Source: Gillisia sp. (lineage in GTDB: Bacteria > Bacteroidota > Bacteroidia > Flavobacteriales > Flavobacteriaceae). From it: a DNA stretch of 64,000 bases. Location: positions 20,882-84,881 of the forward strand of contig JAGXIL010000034.1 of assembly GCA_024635655.1 (NCBI GenBank), written 5' to 3'. The notes under the pieces were generated by a model, which saw nothing but the letters and a program-made list of their open reading frames with translations, was not told where the DNA came from and did no database searches. Below are positions 60,828 to 64,000 of this stretch, piece after piece. The position numbers and the translations under genes were made by a program. Numbering within the stretch: position 1 is the stretch's first letter; every line of letters starts with the position of its first letter.

Positions 60828-63746
60828 TTAAACTAATGCTTCTTTTAAAATTGTGACGGGATGCTTTGCCTGCCGCTTTGTTCCGTCAAAGATCTGGTGC
60901 CTGCAACTTGTTCCGTTGGCCGCAATAATGGTTTCCTTTGGAGCTTTTCGAACCGCCGGAAAAAGGCTTTGCTCCCCTATAAGCATACTTACCTCGTAAT
61001 GTTCTTTTTCATAACCAAAAGAACCGGCCATTCCGCAGCAGCCTGATGAAATAATAGTAGGTTTATAATTCTTCGGAAAGTTTAGCACATCAAAGGTTAC
61101 GGCGGTATTTGACATTGCCTTCTGGTGACAATGCGCATGGATCTTTATTATTTTTTCTTCGGAAGTAAACGAATCTGCCTTAATATTTCCGGCGGCAATT
61201 TCTTTTTTCAGAAATTCTTCCACCAGTAATGAATTCTTTGCCAATCCTTCTGCAGCCTCTGGATCTTCTGCAAGACGCATATATTCATCCCGGAAACTTA
61301 ATATTGCCGATGGCTCAATTCCCAACAGCGGACTTTCAGCTGAGATCTTATCTTTAAATAAATTGATATTTTTATTTGCCAGTACTTTTGCTTCGTCAAG
61401 AAAACCTTTGGAAATATGGCTTCTGCCACTTTCAGCATTATTGAGGATCTCTACCTGATACTGAAGTTTGCTCAGCAATTCTAAAGCATCTATTCCTATG
61501 GTAGCATCAAGGTAGTTGGTAAATTCATCGTTAAATAGGTATACCGTTGCAATGGGGTTTTCAACCCTCAGCCTGGACTTATTTTTTTGGTAAAAATACT
61601 GGAGCGTTTGCCTGGCAAGCTGGGGAAGTTTTCGCTCGGGCGCCACTCCCATTATCCTTTTGGCAATGCCGGAAGTAAAATTGTTCCGAAACAAAAAGTT
61701 AGAAATTCCCGGGGTACGGGACGCCATTTTGTTCATGGAGGCATTTTCGGCAAAGGCCCTGCTTCTCAGGGTTTTTCCATTGGCTTTTTGGTACTGGTAC
61801 TGAAATTCAGATTTAAGTGCTGCAACGTCAACATTGGAGGGACATTCACTCTTACATCCTTTACAACTAATGCAAAGGTCAAAGACCCGGGTTAATTCTT
61901 CGTGATCAAATTTATTTGCTTTTTCTGAATGGGTAAGAAATTCCCGGAGCGCATTTGCCCGGGCTCTTGTGGTATCCCTTTCATTTTTAGTCGCCCGGTA
62001 ACTGGGGCACATTGTTCCCCCTGCTTCTACAGACTTCCTGCAATCTCCGCTTCCGTTACATTTTTCAGCAAGGCGTAAGATCCCTTCAGAATCATCAAAA
62101 TTCATCAGGGTGTTTACTTCCGGTTCTATTCGGTCCGGCTCGTATCTCAGGGAAGTATCCATGGGAGGAGAATCAATGATCTTTCCGGGGTTGAAGATAT
62201 TATTGGGATCAAAGATCTTTTTAACCTGACGCAGGATGTTGTAATTTTTAGGACCAATCATATATTCAATAAACTCTGCACGCAACCTGCCGTCGCCATG
62301 TTCGCCGCTCATTGATCCATTGTATTTTTTCACTAAATCTGCTACCTCTTCTGTTATCTTTCGGAATAAAGCAACATCATCAGATCTTTTCAGATCCAAA
62401 ATTGGCCTCAGGTGCAACTCCCCTGCTCCGGCGTGGGCGTAATAAACGGCTTCCTGCCCGTGGTTCTTCATTATCTGTGTGAACTCCAGAATGTAGTTGG
62501 AAAGATCGGGAAGCGCTACTGCAGTATCCTCTATACAGGCAACGGCTTTTCTGTCTCCAACCATATTCCCAAGCAGCCCCAGTCCGGCTTTGCGAAGTTC
62601 CAATGCCATATCGATCTGCTCATCCATCAGGACAGGCAGAGCGTAGCTTAAGTTGCAACCTTCCAGGCGTTCCAGAAGCGTATGCACCTGCTCATTCAAT
62701 ATGTCCTGAGTCTCTGCCCTTAGCTCCAGCATTAGTATAGCCTTCGGATCCCCTTCAATAAAAAATCTGTTTTCTTTATATTTTAAATTTTTCTTAGTGC
62801 AGTCAAGAATAACCTTATCCATCATCTCGCAGGTGAACAACGGACTTTCCATAGCAGGAACTACTGCCAGCATACAAGCTTCAATACTGGTAAAGTGTGC
62901 AGCTACCATAGCAGCATATTTTGGCGGAAGGGGATCCAGTTGCAGTGTAATTTCAGTTGTAAAGGCCAAAGTTCCCTCACTTCCCGCCAGTAACCTGCAT
63001 AAATTAAAATGATCTCCCCCGGTTTGAAATATTTCAGCTTGCAGTAATTCATCTACGGCATAGCCTGTATTTCTTCGATGTATAGCGGGGTTTGGAAACT
63101 TATCTTTTATCTCCTGCTGAACTTCAGGGGGAGATAAAAGATCATAGATACATTTATAAATTTCACCTTTAAGATCCAAACCCGTCATTTTTTGCTGAAA
63201 TTTTTCCGCGGTAACAGCAGAAAATTCAGCTTCACTTCCATCGCTTAAAAGGGTTTTAAGGCTAATTAATCTATCTCTTGTGGTACCGTTCTTAATTGAA
63301 GTGGTTCCGCTGGAATTATTTCCAACCATCCCTCCAATCATACATCGGTTTGAGGTAGAAGTATTGGGGCCAAAGAATAATCCAAACTTCAATAGTTCCC
63401 GGTTAAGGTCATCCCTTATCACTCCGGGTTGCACCACTGCAATCCTCTTTTCTGCATCAATATGCAGGATCCTGTCAAAATACCGCGATACATCTACCAC
63501 TATTCCGTTTCCCACACATTGTCCTGCAAGAGAGGTTCCTGCAGTTCTTGGAATTAGCCCGGTGTTATTTTGAGCTGCAAAAGCGATCAGCTTTTTAAGG
63601 TCTTCAATAGATCTGGGATAGCAAACAGCCATAGGCACCTCCCGGTAAACTGAAGCATCTGTAGCATATATTCTTTTATATAATTCGTCGGTAAGAAACT
63701 CTCCCTCAAGAGTTTCTGCCAATTTTTTAAGACTTTCTCGCATCAT
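60828..63746 (-). CDS. FAD-binding / 4Fe-4S oxidoreductase (D-lactate/glycolate dehydrogenase-like)
   Basis: YATDAS, GGMVGNNSSG, GSEGTL, GEHGDG, CNGSGDC, CISCKGCKSECP, CCGMAGSFG. Confidence 0.92.
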   Translation of the reverse strand: MMRESLKKLAETLEGEFLTDELYKRIYATDASVYREVPMAVCYPRSIEDLKKLIAFAAQNNTGLIPRTAGTSLAGQCVGNGIVVDVSRYFDRILHIDAEKRIAVVQPGVIRDDLNRELLKFGLFFGPNTSTSNRCMIGGMVGNNSSGTTSIKNGTTRDRLISLKTLLSDGSEAEFSAVTAEKFQQKMTGLDLKGEIYKCIYDLLSPPEVQQEIKDKFPNPAIHRRNTGYAVDELLQAEIFQTGGDHFNLCRLLAGSEGTLAFTTEITLQLDPLPPKYAAMVAAHFTSIEACMLAVVPAMESPLFTCEMMDKVILDCTKKNLKYKENRFFIEGDPKAILMLELRAETQDILNEQVHTLLERLEGCNLSYALPVLMDEQIDMALELRKAGLGLLGNMVGDRKAVACIEDTAVALPDLSNYILEFTQIMKNHGQEAVYYAHAGAGELHLRPILDLKRSDDVALFRKITEEVADLVKKYNGSMSGEHGDGRLRAEFIEYMIGPKNYNILRQVKKIFDPNNIFNPGKIIDSPPMDTSLRYEPDRIEPEVNTLMNFDDSEGILRLAEKCNGSGDCRKSVEAGGTMCPSYRATKNERDTTRARANALREFLTHSEKANKFDHEELTRVFDLCISCKGCKSECPSNVDVAALKSEFQYQYQKANGKTLRSRAFAENASMNKMASRTPGISNFLFRNNFTSGIAKRIMGVAPERKLPQLARQTLQYFYQKNKSRLRVENPIATVYLFNDEFTNYLDATIGIDALELLSKLQYQVEILNNAESGRSHISKGFLDEAKVLANKNINLFKDKISAESPLLGIEPSAILSFRDEYMRLAEDPEAAEGLAKNSLLVEEFLKKEIAAGNIKADSFTSEEKIIKIHAHCHQKAMSNTAVTFDVLNFPKNYKPTIISSGCCGMAGSFGYEKEHYEVSMLIGEQSLFPAVRKAPKETIIAANGTSCRHQIFDGTKRQAKHPVTILKEALV

Positions 63747-63883
63747 AGGGTTAAAATTACGGATAATCTACCATATTTGGTTAACAGTTTATTTAATCAT
63801 TATTAACAATACATTGGGATTAGCAGGTGGTCCCTTTTAATTTTAACATTTATATTTGCTCTTAAATTAAAAAACCAATAGAC

Positions 63884-64000
63884 ATGAAAAAATTATTTTT
63901 ATTAGCATTAGTTACAATAGGTTTTGGAATGACTACACAAGCTCAAACCATTTCAGAAAATGCCATAGGTTTACGTTTTGGTGGTGCCAATGGTCTTGGA
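63884..64000 (+). CDS. Exported / outer-membrane protein, 5' part (runs off the window)
   Basis: MKKLFLLALVTIGFGMTTQAQTISENAIGLRFGG...; TATATTTG -7 box at 63851. Confidence 0.8.
   Translation, partial: MKKLFLLALVTIGFGMTTQAQTISENAIGLRFGGANGLG

Noticed and set aside
1-64000. tRNA, rRNA, transposase, integrase, prophage or defence genes
   Set aside because: None recognised by eye; small structured RNAs cannot be excluded without a covariance-model (Rfam/Infernal) search.

Overview
Chromosomal window from a Bacteroidota bacterium, most likely a marine or saline Flavobacteriaceae. The evidence is AT-rich DNA, TAnnTTTG -7 promoter boxes and Flavobacteriaceae-type genes. It holds about 60 CDS, and I saw no rRNA, tRNA, CRISPR array or transposase. 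Housekeeping and metabolic genes include rlmF, a DbpA-like helicase, msrA, hpf, aconitase, a fused 2-oxoacid dehydrogenase E1, ppk1, ung, mutS2 and aroC. Highlights: (1) a probable XerCD dif site at 30182-30209 and a degenerate direct-orientation dif-like copy at 25466-25496, which bracket a ~4.7 kb block (exported M20 amidohydrolase plus LytS/LytTR pair) that may be a Xer-integrated island. (2) A type III PKS cluster with its own partial fatty-acid synthase (KS, dehydratase, enoyl reductase, ACP with a non-canonical NSA motif, PPTase), a methyltransferase and a flavoprotein, split by an inverted membrane-protein gene. (3) A lipoprotein with His every 7 residues and HxxM motifs, possibly a metal sponge. 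(4) A perfect 48-bp in-frame duplication, a homopolymer frameshift, a J-domain-KTSC fusion, a zinc-ribbon atypical SDR, a degenerate MBL-fold protein and a recurrent upstream TTAAC(A) motif. All calls come from reading motifs by eye; no database searches were run.
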